This document shows positions 53,414-62,601 of a DNA stretch of 64,000 nt, in pieces; the stretch's first letter is position 1; each line of letters starts with the position of its first letter. The position numbers were made by a program, and so were the translations under genes. The DNA is from an uncultured Fibrobacteria bacterium. Lineage in GTDB: Bacteria > Fibrobacterota > Fibrobacteria > UBA11236. The stretch is taken from the NCBI GenBank assembly GCA_963716395.1, contig OY970309.1, positions 416,001-480,000 of the forward strand, read 5' to 3'. Below the pieces are notes generated by a model. It was not told the origin of the DNA. It saw only the letters and a list, made by a program, of their open reading frames with translations, and did not search any database.

Positions 53414-53528
53414 TGCACCCGCTTCCATCGGGTTACGGCTTTTCGGGTTTGCCAGTCCAACGTCGCTTGGGGGATGGGGAGGGATTAGTTTTATTGTCAT
53501 TCCTTGATTTGAAGCGGAAAGCGGTTAC

Positions 53529-54143
53529 ATGGAGATGCTGTTGGTGCAAGGGAGTGAACCGGCAAGGCTTACGCCTGGGCAAAAGCCGGTGAAACGCGTT
53601 AAATCTCGGCGACACGGATTGTTGCTGTGGGATTTCGTGATCGTGCGCCGCTGGCATCGGGTGCAATGGCCCCAAGGGTTGCATCGGATTTTGACCTTTT
53701 TCGTACGCGCCGGAGACGGCTGGGTATGGGCTTTGGTGGCTCTGGCGCTTTATTTCGCCTTGCCGTGGTTGCGTTTCAAAACCATCGCAGGACAGGCTTT
53801 GCTGGCCGTGGCCATCAGCCTGCCGGTTTACTGGGCCATGAAGTTGGGATTGCGCCGCACCCGGCCGTACCACTCGGTGAAATGGATTGCGCCGCGGGTG
53901 CCGCCGCTCGACAAATATTCTTTTCCCTCGGGCCATACCATGAACAATTTGGCCGTGGCCATGACCTTGGCCATGTACCTGCATTTTTTATGGCCTCTGG
54001 CCGTGGCCATTCCCGTGGCTTTGGGAATTCTGCGGGTTTTTTACGGCGTACACTTTCTGACCGACATCGCCGGTGGGGCCTTGCTGGGAGCGGCAAGCGC
54101 CCTGAGCGCTTCCTGGTTGTTTCCCCATCTCTTCCATGGTTGA
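53529..54143 (+). CDS. PAP2-family membrane phosphatase
   Basis: KxxxxRxRP, SFPSGH, RVFYGVHFLTD. Confidence 0.9.
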   Translation: MEMLLVQGSEPARLTPGQKPVKRVKSRRHGLLLWDFVIVRRWHRVQWPQGLHRILTFFVRAGDGWVWALVALALYFALPWLRFKTIAGQALLAVAISLPVYWAMKLGLRRTRPYHSVKWIAPRVPPLDKYSFPSGHTMNNLAVAMTLAMYLHFLWPLAVAIPVALGILRVFYGVHFLTDIAGGALLGAASALSASWLFPHLFHG

Positions 54144-54196
54144 TTCCCATCGTCGCGCGACGAGAAGCCGGGACTTTCCAGCGCCTTTGTTTTAAA

Positions 54197-55738
54197 ATGC
54201 CGAAGAAGCCGGGTTCTTCTGCGGCGGAAGGACGGGTTCCGGGTTTGCAAAATGGTTTAAAATGCGGCATCGAGACTTCCGCATGCCTGTGCCTGCTGGT
54301 GGCGTTGTGCCTGTTGCCGACACGCGTGGAAGGCAAAACGGTCGCGCCGGCGGGCGCGGTTACGCCGTCGGTGGCGGACTCTTCCCTTGGCCACGATTCC
54401 ACGAAAACCCGTTCCGATTCGGTGAGCGCGGGCGTGCGTATTTACGACTACATCGCCTACCCCACTTTGCAGGCGCTGACCTGGCCGATTGAAACCCTGC
54501 TGGTGCCCGTGACCCAGATTTTGATTTATCCCAGCAAAGAACCCATCCGGTATTTTCTGAACGAAAACGTGATCGATCGCATGCATGATCTCATCAGTTT
54601 CGGAAGCCGCGATCAAATGATGATTTATCCCACCTTGGATTTGGCGCCGGGAACCACGTCGCGCACCGGGCTCACCTTTCGCGACCTCTCCCTTTTCGGA
54701 AGAAGTACCGATCAACTGGCCCTCTACACCTTATTGTACGTAAACGGGGACACCAGGATCCGCACCTACGTGACGGCCGACAGCCTGGCCGGCACCCCCA
54801 TGCAGGGGAAAATAGCCTTCGGGCTCACCCACATGAAAAACGCCTCCTTCGATCAGCCGGGCACCAACACTTTTTTCTATTACTCCGACACTTCGGAACA
54901 TTATCAATTTCAACTGCAATACCCGTTGGCCTTCGGCTTCAAGGCGCAGGGCATTTTCTTTCTCGACCATTATCGGTTCGGCCAAGCGCCGCCCAACTCC
55001 TATGGGTTCGACGGCGATTTTTTTCTCAATCCGGCAACCGGCAAGCTCGATTCGACTTATCGGGGCTTGAATCAAACCTTCTGGGACCGCGTCTATAGCA
55101 TCGGCCTCGTGCGCGACACGCGTAATAACGAGAATATCACCTTGGCGGGCAGCAATCTGAGCGTGAATTGGAACTATCACGATGTCGGATTGGGCCACGC
55201 CTTCCACGACTGGACGGGCGAATACGCCAAGTATTTCAAATTGGGCAGCGAACGCTATGAGATTACCTCGGAAGAAGAGAAGAAAATGGGGCCGATGTCT
55301 CTGAAGCGAATGTTGCAGCAATTGGAATCCCGAAAATTGCGGACCGAAATTTTTTCACGCAAGGTAGTGGCCTTTCATCTGTATGCGGCGCAAAGCTTTG
55401 AAATACCCGGACAAAGCATGCCGTTCTACGGCTTGCAAACCTTGGGGAATGACACGCCGTTGCGCGGTTACCAGGGCAGCCGCTTTCGGAATTACGCCGT
55501 GGCGGCCGCCAGCGGCGAATACCGCTTTCCCGTGCTGCGGTTGATGGACGGAACGCTTTTCGACGAATACGGGGTCAGCGGCCGCTCCTGGTCCGACATC
55601 GATTACCTGAACTTCAAGAACTCCTGGGGATTCGGCATTCGTGTGCGGCGGCCCGACATATTCCTGTTTCGGGCCCAGGTCGGGATTCACGGCGTTTCGG
55701 GTATGGTGTTCAACATGTCGGTCGACGCCCCCTATTGA
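54197..55738 (+). CDS. Omp85/BamA-like surface-antigen beta-barrel protein (start uncertain)
   Basis: Hydrophobic signal segment, DTRNN, LGNDTPLRGYQGSRF, EYRFP, SWGFGIR, C-terminal aromatic residue. Confidence 0.7.
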   Translation: MPKKPGSSAAEGRVPGLQNGLKCGIETSACLCLLVALCLLPTRVEGKTVAPAGAVTPSVADSSLGHDSTKTRSDSVSAGVRIYDYIAYPTLQALTWPIETLLVPVTQILIYPSKEPIRYFLNENVIDRMHDLISFGSRDQMMIYPTLDLAPGTTSRTGLTFRDLSLFGRSTDQLALYTLLYVNGDTRIRTYVTADSLAGTPMQGKIAFGLTHMKNASFDQPGTNTFFYYSDTSEHYQFQLQYPLAFGFKAQGIFFLDHYRFGQAPPNSYGFDGDFFLNPATGKLDSTYRGLNQTFWDRVYSIGLVRDTRNNENITLAGSNLSVNWNYHDVGLGHAFHDWTGEYAKYFKLGSERYEITSEEEKKMGPMSLKRMLQQLESRKLRTEIFSRKVVAFHLYAAQSFEIPGQSMPFYGLQTLGNDTPLRGYQGSRFRNYAVAAASGEYRFPVLRLMDGTLFDEYGVSGRSWSDIDYLNFKNSWGFGIRVRRPDIFLFRAQVGIHGVSGMVFNMSVDAPY

Positions 55739-55803
55739 AATTCGTGCCGGATAAAAAGTGAGCGCCCCAAGCGCGTCGAGGGAAATTGCCCCGTGTAGGG
55801 AAC

Positions 55804-55835
55804 AAAAAAAAACCCCGCCGATGGCGGGGTTTTTT
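55804..55835. terminator. Bidirectional intrinsic terminator
   Basis: A9-CCCCGCC-GAT-GGCGGGG-T6 between convergent genes. Confidence 0.9.
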
Positions 55836-55855
55836 GATATGAATTCAGAAATGTT

Positions 55856-56668
55856 TTAGTTGGTCAGAGCCTGCAGGTAACCGTCATACTTCTCCCGCAG
55901 CACTTCCTTGTTCTTGTTGCGGCGAATGCGACGTAAGGCCTGATCGCGCAATTGACGCACGCGCTCATGCGAGATGTTGAGTGTCTCCCCCACTTCGCGC
56001 AGCGTTTGCGGCGCCTCGTGGTTGATGCCGAACAATCCCTTGATCACCTGCGCTTCGCGTTCCGGAAGTTCGGAAAGCAGGTCTTTGGCCAAATGCTCCA
56101 CGGCCTGGATTTCGGCTTCGGATTCGGGATTCACCGCCCGATCATCCGCCAACACCTCCTGGTAGGTGGTCTTGGTGTCGGTCTTGAGCGGCGCGTCGAA
56201 ACTGATGCCGGCTTCGCCCAGTTGGATCAACTCGCGAATGTCGTCGGAAAGCTCCTTGCCCTTGGATTTTTCCTTGAGCGCCTTGCGCACGCGCAAATGC
56301 TGGTTCGCCGGCAGTCGGATCAAGGATCCCTGCTCGTTGATGGCGCGCGTGATGTAGGCCTTGATCCACCACACGGCGTAAGAGATGAACTTCAGGCCGC
56401 GCGAATGATCGAAGCTTTCGATGGCCCGAATCAAACCCATGGCGCCTTCGCTGACCAGATCCGGAAGCGGAATGGGGCAACCCCGGTATTGCAGGGCCAC
56501 CTTGAGCACAAACCGCATGTTCGCCGAAACCAATTTTTCGCGCGCGGCCCGATTGCCTTCGCGGCACAGCTGAAACAGCATGTGCTCATCCTTCCGGTCG
56601 ATCGGGCTGGTTTTACGGATGTCTTCAAGGTACCGTTTCAGGGTTTCATCGGTGGTATCGAAGGTCAT
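55856..56668 (-). CDS. RNA polymerase sigma70 factor, RpoD/SigA-type lacking region 1.1
   Basis: LVSANMRFV, DLVSEGAMGL, KFISYAVWWIK, TLREVGETLNISHERVRQL. Confidence 0.92.
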   Translation of the reverse strand: MTFDTTDETLKRYLEDIRKTSPIDRKDEHMLFQLCREGNRAAREKLVSANMRFVLKVALQYRGCPIPLPDLVSEGAMGLIRAIESFDHSRGLKFISYAVWWIKAYITRAINEQGSLIRLPANQHLRVRKALKEKSKGKELSDDIRELIQLGEAGISFDAPLKTDTKTTYQEVLADDRAVNPESEAEIQAVEHLAKDLLSELPEREAQVIKGLFGINHEAPQTLREVGETLNISHERVRQLRDQALRRIRRNKNKEVLREKYDGYLQALTN

Positions 56669-57072
56669 TGAGGTTTCCTTCTTTGGTTAAGTGGACCTGC
56701 TTTAATCGAACAGCAAGGGATATACCATTGCAATACGAGTAAAGTCGGGAAAATATAGCCAATTCCGGCTTCAAATTCAAGTTAAAAGTCATCGAAAATG
56801 ACTTCGCTTTAAAATACAGACATAAAAAATGACGCATTGTTAATAGAGTAGTGAAAACCATTAATAACCCCATAAATAGACCGATTTCTTCATGTTTTTG
56901 AGTGCCACAAAATATGTCGCCCCAGCAAACACCGAAATTTTCACGCCTCCCTCATCTCAAATTTCTGAAATCCAAGTTAAAGTCTGCACTTCCATTCTTT
57001 TAGACGGAACTAACTTCGATTCGGTTCAAATCGAACTGCATTTTTAATTCAGCCCTAAGGAGCAAGAAAAAT

Positions 57073-59328
57073 TTGCCACGCATGATGCAGGGATTAATCT
57101 GGAGCGCCATTTCCGTGGCCGGAGCTTTGGGCTACGCCATGATTTCGTTTTACCGACGCGAACCCGTCAACGCGGTTTGGCTGTTGATCGCGGCGGCCTG
57201 CACCTATGCCGTCGCCTATCGCTTCTACTCCAAATGGCTGGCGGCCAAGGTGCTGGCCCTCAACGATCTGCGTGCCACGCCCTGCCGCGTGCACGAAGAC
57301 GGCAAAGACTTCGTGCGCACCCATCCGTGGATCGTGTTCGGCCATCACTTCGCGGCCATCAGCGGGCCCGGCCCCCTGGTCGGCCCGGTGCTGGCGGCCC
57401 AGTTCGGGTATTTGCCCGGAGCCTTGTGGCTGCTGATCGGTGTGGTGTTGGGCGGCGCCGTGCAGGACTTTCTCATTCTCTTCTGCTCCCTGCGCCGCGA
57501 TGGCAAATCGCTGGGTGAAATGGTACGGGAAGAAATCGGCACCACGGCGGGCCTCATCGCCTTGGCCGCGGTGCTGGGCATCATCGTCATTCTCATCGCC
57601 GTGCTGGCACTGGTGGTCGACAAGGCCCTGGCCGGAAGCCCCTGGGGCACCTTCACTTTGGCGGCCACCATTCCCATTGCCTTGTGCATGGGGATCTATT
57701 TACGGTATATCCGCCCGGGAAAAGTTTTGGAAGTCACCTGTTTCGGCGTGGCGGCCTTGCTGCTGGCCGTTTGGGGCGGCAAGTGGGCCTATGACGCTTC
57801 GGCCGTGGCGGCACTGTTCAACCTCAACGGCCGCACGTTGGCCTGGTGCCTGATCGGATATGGGTTGGCGGCCTCGGCCCTGCCGGTGTGGCTGCTGCTG
57901 GCTCCGCGCGATTACCTCTCGGCTTTTCTCAAGCTCGGCACCATCGCCTTACTGGCCCTGGGCATCGTCTGGGTGCTGCCGCCTCTGCGCATGCCCGCCT
58001 TGAGCCGCTTCATCGACGGTACCGGCCCGGTCTTCGCCGGCAACATTTTTCCCTTTTGCTTTATCACCATCGCCTGCGGCGCCATCAGCGGATTTCATTC
58101 TCTGATCGCCTCGGGCACGACCCCCAAATTGATCGCGCGCGAATCGCATGCGCGATCCGTGGGCTACGGCAGCATGTTGCTCGAATCGGCCGTGGCCGTC
58201 ATGGCCTTGATCGCCGCCGCCTCTTTGGAACCCGGCGTGTACTTCGCGGTCAACAGTCCGGCCGCGGCGGTGGGAGCAACCTCCGTCGCCGCAGCGCATA
58301 CCATCTCCGCCTGGGGCTTTCCGGTGACCGCCGCATCCATGGCCCAACTCGCACAGGCCGTGGGCGAACCCACTTTGTTCGGCCGCGCCGGCGGCGCGCC
58401 CACCCTGGCCTTGGGCATGGCGCATATCTTCTCCGGCGTGCTGGGCGGCCAGACCTGGATGGGGCTTTGGTATCACTTCGCCCTCATGTTCGAGGCCCTG
58501 TTTATTCTCACCACGGTCGACGCGGGCACGCGCGTGGGCCGTTTCATCCTGCAGGCGTTTCTCGGACACTTTCACCCGGCCTGGGGCAATACGCGTTCGC
58601 GTCCGGCTAATCTGGCCGCCAGCGCCTTGCTGGTGGCTGCTTGGGGATACTTTCTCTACCAGGGCGTGGTCGATCCGCAAGGCGGCATCAACAGCCTGTG
58701 GCCGTTGTTCGGCATCGCGAATCAATTGCTGGCCTTGATCGCCCTGTGCCTGGCCACCACGGTGCTCCTGAAAATGGGACGCCGGCGGCGGATGTGGATC
58801 ACCGCCCTTCCCCTGCTTTGGCTAGGGGCGGTCACCTTCACCGCGGGCCTGGAGAAAATTTTCTCCGCCAATCCCAAAATCGGATTTCTCTCCGGCGCCA
58901 AGGCCCTCGCGGCGCGATTGGCGGAAGGCGCGCTTCCCGCCGCCCAAGCGGCGGCCTTGGGCCGCGCCGCCTTCAACCTCAAACTGGACGCGGTGGTGGC
59001 CGCCGTGTTTTTGCTTTTGGTCGCGGCCATCTTGGCGGCTTCACTACGGCGCTGGTGGGAGCTGCTGCGCGGCGGTCAACCCGATTTGCGCGAAAGCGCG
59101 CCGGTGTGGCTGACGCCCGAGCAATTGCGGGAGAGCCCCGCGGCGGGAATGCTGCGCCCGGCCGGCGCCGTGGCCGGAATGCTGTTGGCTTTGCTGCGGC
59201 AAGGCGGAATGCCCCCGCCTCCTCAACCCCTTCCGGATCAAGGCGTGCAACTTACGACGGCTGCGGAACTCGGCGCGGCCTGGGCACGCCAGGAAGAAGA
59301 GCGCCTGCAAAAGCCGCGCTGTTGCTGA
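57073..59328 (+). CDS. cstA: Carbon starvation protein A (pyruvate/peptide transporter) with C-terminal extension ending RCC
   Basis: FGHHFAAISGPGPLVGP, LLAPRDYLS, ITIACGAISGFH, FEALFILTTVDAGTRVGRF, LWPLFGIANQLLA. Confidence 0.93.
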   Translation: MPRMMQGLIWSAISVAGALGYAMISFYRREPVNAVWLLIAAACTYAVAYRFYSKWLAAKVLALNDLRATPCRVHEDGKDFVRTHPWIVFGHHFAAISGPGPLVGPVLAAQFGYLPGALWLLIGVVLGGAVQDFLILFCSLRRDGKSLGEMVREEIGTTAGLIALAAVLGIIVILIAVLALVVDKALAGSPWGTFTLAATIPIALCMGIYLRYIRPGKVLEVTCFGVAALLLAVWGGKWAYDASAVAALFNLNGRTLAWCLIGYGLAASALPVWLLLAPRDYLSAFLKLGTIALLALGIVWVLPPLRMPALSRFIDGTGPVFAGNIFPFCFITIACGAISGFHSLIASGTTPKLIARESHARSVGYGSMLLESAVAVMALIAAASLEPGVYFAVNSPAAAVGATSVAAAHTISAWGFPVTAASMAQLAQAVGEPTLFGRAGGAPTLALGMAHIFSGVLGGQTWMGLWYHFALMFEALFILTTVDAGTRVGRFILQAFLGHFHPAWGNTRSRPANLAASALLVAAWGYFLYQGVVDPQGGINSLWPLFGIANQLLALIALCLATTVLLKMGRRRRMWITALPLLWLGAVTFTAGLEKIFSANPKIGFLSGAKALAARLAEGALPAAQAAALGRAAFNLKLDAVVAAVFLLLVAAILAASLRRWWELLRGGQPDLRESAPVWLTPEQLRESPAAGMLRPAGAVAGMLLALLRQGGMPPPPQPLPDQGVQLTTAAELGAAWARQEEERLQKPRCC

Positions 59329-59355
59329 AGAGAAACGCGCCGTCGAGCCGGGTCT

Positions 59356-60081
59356 TTAAACCCGCACGATGGCCAGCATTTCTTTGACGGCGCGTTCGAA
59401 GCCCACCAGCAGGGCCCGGCCGATGACGGAATGGCCGATGTTCAATTCCCACACGCCGGTGATCTCGGCCACGTAGCGCGCATTGCGGTAATTCAATCCG
59501 TGGCCCATATTGACTTCCAGCCCGCTTTTGAGCGCGAACTGGGTCATGCTTTGCAGCTTGCTTAATTCCTCTTCCCAGGTGTTGCCGCCGCCGAAGTCAT
59601 ACGAACCGGCGAAGGCCCCGGTATGAAACTCGACGAAGCGCGCGCCGGTGCGCAGCGCCGCCTTGATCTGATGCAGTTCGGGATCGATGAACAGCGAAGT
59701 GGTGACTTCGTGCTTGCGCAGCGAACCCACGATTTTGCCGATCTCTTCGACGCGGCCGGCCACGTCGAGGCCGCCTTCGGTGGTCAACTCTTCGCGGCGT
59801 TCCGGCACCAAGGTGGCCATGTCGGGCAATACATCCATGGCGAATTGCAGCATTTCGGGCGTGGGCGCCATTTCGAGGTTGAGATGCGTGGTCACGGTTT
59901 GCCGCAGCAGACGCACGTCGCGTTCCTGGATATGGCGCCGATCTTCGCGCAAATGCACGGTGATGCCGTCGGCTCCCGCCAATTCGCATAGCACCGCGGC
60001 GGCCACGGGATCGGGTTCGCGCACCTTGCGCGCTTCGCGCAGGGTGGCTACGTGATCAATATTCACACCGAGTTTGGGCAT
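59356..60081 (-). CDS. pdxJ: Pyridoxine 5'-phosphate synthase
   Basis: [56 protein letters not shown]. Confidence 0.97.
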   Translation of the reverse strand: MPKLGVNIDHVATLREARKVREPDPVAAAVLCELAGADGITVHLREDRRHIQERDVRLLRQTVTTHLNLEMAPTPEMLQFAMDVLPDMATLVPERREELTTEGGLDVAGRVEEIGKIVGSLRKHEVTTSLFIDPELHQIKAALRTGARFVEFHTGAFAGSYDFGGGNTWEEELSKLQSMTQFALKSGLEVNMGHGLNYRNARYVAEITGVWELNIGHSVIGRALLVGFERAVKEMLAIVRV

Positions 60082-60138
60082 GCCTGTCCTCCGTGGGGAA
60101 TCGATGCCGCAGCATCGCGGAAAAATCTAGAACCGAAA

Positions 60139-61326
60139 TCACCGGACCACCCGGGCCGGCTTCAGGGCGGGAGTGCGCAGCGAATCCAGCACGGTCCATT
60201 CCAAGCCCAGGGCGTCGAAGCGGTCTTCGTATTTGAGCCGCACCCGCTCCAAAGCTTCGGCGAGACCCGGCGTATAGGACAAGGCCCAAATACCGTCGCC
60301 GGTTTTCTGGGCCAACCCGCAGCGGCGCGCCAACTCCTCGTCGAAGGCGTCGTCACCTTCGGGAGCGGCCACCCGCGCCGCATAGACCATGGCACCCGTG
60401 GGCAGCGACAGGGGCCCGGCCAAACTGCGCGGCGAAGCCGTCAGGTCGAGAAACACGAGATGCCGGTGCGCCGTATATTCCAACAGGCTCAGCATCAAGG
60501 GACGGTTTTCAATCGCGCGATCGCCTAGGCGCGTGGCGAATCCCCGGCTTCGCGGAGAGGCCCGCATTTTGGCATCGAGCACCCGATTCACTTCGGACCG
60601 GGAATAATGGATGTACAGCGCGCCCGGACCGGGTTTGACATAGGGGTAGGCCGAAGGCTCCATGGGCAATCGCGTCAGCAATTCCTTGTCCTCGGGCAGG
60701 GGCGTCCACACCCGCGGCGAAACGCCGGAAGATTCGGCGTTCACCACCAGGGTCAGCGGAAAAGGGCACGCCAACAAACGGCGGGCCGCATCGGCAGAAA
60801 CCGTATCCAGCCCCATTACCACCACGGCCAGGCGCACCGCGCCGCGCAAGGCGGGAGTTGCCAAGGCCGCGCGCAAGGTGAGCACGGGCCCCGAAGCCGC
60901 CTGCAGATGGTATTCGACGCGGCGGCCCGGCGGATCCAGTTCGCGGCCGTCGCGCACCCGGATTCCCGCCTGCCCGCACAAGGTTTCCAGGTCATAGGCG
61001 TATTCATGAATGGGCTTACCGCGCGGCAGCAGGGCTTCGAGGTAACCGGAATGTTTCACCAGATGGGTCGGATCGAGTCCGTACAGGGCGAACCAGGGGC
61101 GCAGCAGCGCGTCGGCAAAGGGGGCGTAGGCGCTTTCGCGGTACAGCCACGGATCGCGCTTGCGCCAGTCGCCGCGGCCCGCGGTATCGGGCGTCCGGTT
61201 CAAGCTGGCATCTTCCCCGGCGGCCACGGATCGGTGGCGCGGAAAGAAACGGCCTGCCAACAGACCTGCACCGATCAGGGCCGAAGTGATGACGAGAAAA
61301 ATTCCGAAGCGCCGGAACCAAAGCAT
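60139..61326 (-). CDS. Divergent polysaccharide deacetylase family protein (YibQ-like)
   Basis: N-terminal TM, LPMEP...PGPGAL, FLDLTASPRSLA. The catalytic residues look degenerate. Confidence 0.65.
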   Translation of the reverse strand: MLWFRRFGIFLVITSALIGAGLLAGRFFPRHRSVAAGEDASLNRTPDTAGRGDWRKRDPWLYRESAYAPFADALLRPWFALYGLDPTHLVKHSGYLEALLPRGKPIHEYAYDLETLCGQAGIRVRDGRELDPPGRRVEYHLQAASGPVLTLRAALATPALRGAVRLAVVVMGLDTVSADAARRLLACPFPLTLVVNAESSGVSPRVWTPLPEDKELLTRLPMEPSAYPYVKPGPGALYIHYSRSEVNRVLDAKMRASPRSRGFATRLGDRAIENRPLMLSLLEYTAHRHLVFLDLTASPRSLAGPLSLPTGAMVYAARVAAPEGDDAFDEELARRCGLAQKTGDGIWALSYTPGLAEALERVRLKYEDRFDALGLEWTVLDSLRTPALKPARVVR

Positions 61327-61372
61327 GCGGAGCCTGGAAAGTAGCAACTCGCCGGCTTTTACCTTTTGACGC

Positions 61373-62341
61373 ATGGGCATTCGGGCCGTACTTGGCGGAC
61401 CCACGGCGGCGGGCAAAACCGCTTTGGCCGTGCGTTGGGCCGCCGCGCGCAAATGGGAAATCATCGCGGCCGATTCGCGCCAGATCTACCGCGGCTTTGC
61501 CGTGGGAACCGGCGCACCGACACCGGCGGAAATGGGCGGGGTCAAGCATCACCTCGTGGGCTCGGCCGATCCGCGCGCGGCTTTTTCGCCCAAGCGCTAC
61601 CGCGAGGCGGTGGAGGAATTGTTGCGCGCGCAACCCGGGCAGAATTTTCTCGTGGTCGGCGGAAGCGGATTGTATCTGAAAGAGCTGCTTTACCCGGCCG
61701 CCGCGGATCGGGGCGAAACTCCCGAGGCCATCCGCCGCGAAGCCGCGGCCGCTGTGGAAAGCCGCGGACTGGCAGCCGTGCATGCGGAGTTGACGCGCCG
61801 CGATCCGGAAGGCATGCGTCGCGTGCACGTGCGCGATCGCTACCGGCTGCAGAAACGCCTGGAAAATTGGTTAATCACCGGGAGATCCTACGAAGAATTT
61901 CGTTCGGGGTCACGGCGCGATCCCCGCTTCGCCGACACGCCCTTGCTGTGGCTTTTGCCGCCGCGCGCCTGGCTGCATCAGCGCATCGCCGCCCGCATCC
62001 ACAGCATGGCGGCGACGGGATGGCTGAAAGAAGTGCGTGCCTTGCTGCGGGTCTACGACCCCGAAGTCACGCCCGCCTTCAATGCCGTGGGCTATCGCGA
62101 AATGGCGGCGGTGGCGCAAGGCCGCGCCGACCTGGAGTCGACCTTGCAGGCCATCTTGGTAAAGACGCGTCAATACGCCCGCCGGCAAATCACTTTTTTC
62201 AAAAATCAATTTCCCGATGCCGTCGCCTTTGATCCCGAGGTTTTATCGGCGGACCTGGAAGCGGCCGAATGGGATTTTGATCGCATACAGGCGAATCCGG
62301 CCGGGACGCATTTGATTGACAAAGGGGTAAGCGGAGCCTAG
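61373..62341 (+). CDS. miaA: tRNA dimethylallyltransferase
   Basis: GPTAAGKT, ADSRQIYRG, VVGGSGLYL, AVGYRE, TRQYARRQITFF. Confidence 0.93.
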   Translation: MGIRAVLGGPTAAGKTALAVRWAAARKWEIIAADSRQIYRGFAVGTGAPTPAEMGGVKHHLVGSADPRAAFSPKRYREAVEELLRAQPGQNFLVVGGSGLYLKELLYPAAADRGETPEAIRREAAAAVESRGLAAVHAELTRRDPEGMRRVHVRDRYRLQKRLENWLITGRSYEEFRSGSRRDPRFADTPLLWLLPPRAWLHQRIAARIHSMAATGWLKEVRALLRVYDPEVTPAFNAVGYREMAAVAQGRADLESTLQAILVKTRQYARRQITFFKNQFPDAVAFDPEVLSADLEAAEWDFDRIQANPAGTHLIDKGVSGA

Positions 62342-62344
62342 ATT
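62316..62344 (+). promoter_or_regulatory. Sigma70 promoter for tRNA-Ile, embedded in the miaA 3' end
   Basis: TTGACA (62316-62321), 17-nt spacer, TAGATT (62339-62344). Confidence 0.75.
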
Positions 62345-62395
62345 CAGTGCCCTGTTTCCAGGCTTTCCGGCGGCGGAAAACCGGCAAAACCCCTT

Positions 62396-62472
62396 GGGTC
62401 TGTAGCTCAGTTGGTTAGAGCATCGCTCTGATAAGGCGGGGGTCGGAAGTTCAAGTCTTCCCAGGCCCACCA
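62396..62472 (+). tRNA. tRNA-Ile (anticodon GAT)
   Basis: GGGTCTG/CAGGCCC acceptor stem, GCTC-AGTTGGTTA-GAGC D arm, CTGATAA anticodon loop, GGAAG-TTCAAGT-CTTCC T arm, encoded CCA; 77 nt. Confidence 0.95.
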
Positions 62473-62601
62473 TCTTCTTCACTTTTGTTTTTCACTTTTG
62501 TTTTTCGCTTTCTTTTGCGTTCGGGCCAGCTTTGCGGCGTATTGCCTCATCGTCTCACCCTATCCTGAATCCGCCTCTTGTTTGAGCTTATCGTGAGGCG
62601 T

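Noticed and set aside
59320-59360. Selenocysteine read-through at the TGA after RCC in cstA
   Set aside because: Both conserved positions are already Cys, no convincing SECIS hairpin follows, and the convergent pdxJ ends 27 nt later.
62478-62520. TTCACTTTTGTTT duplication after the tRNA as a possible att site
   Set aside because: Low-complexity T-rich tract, no duplicated tRNA 3' end and no integrase in the window.
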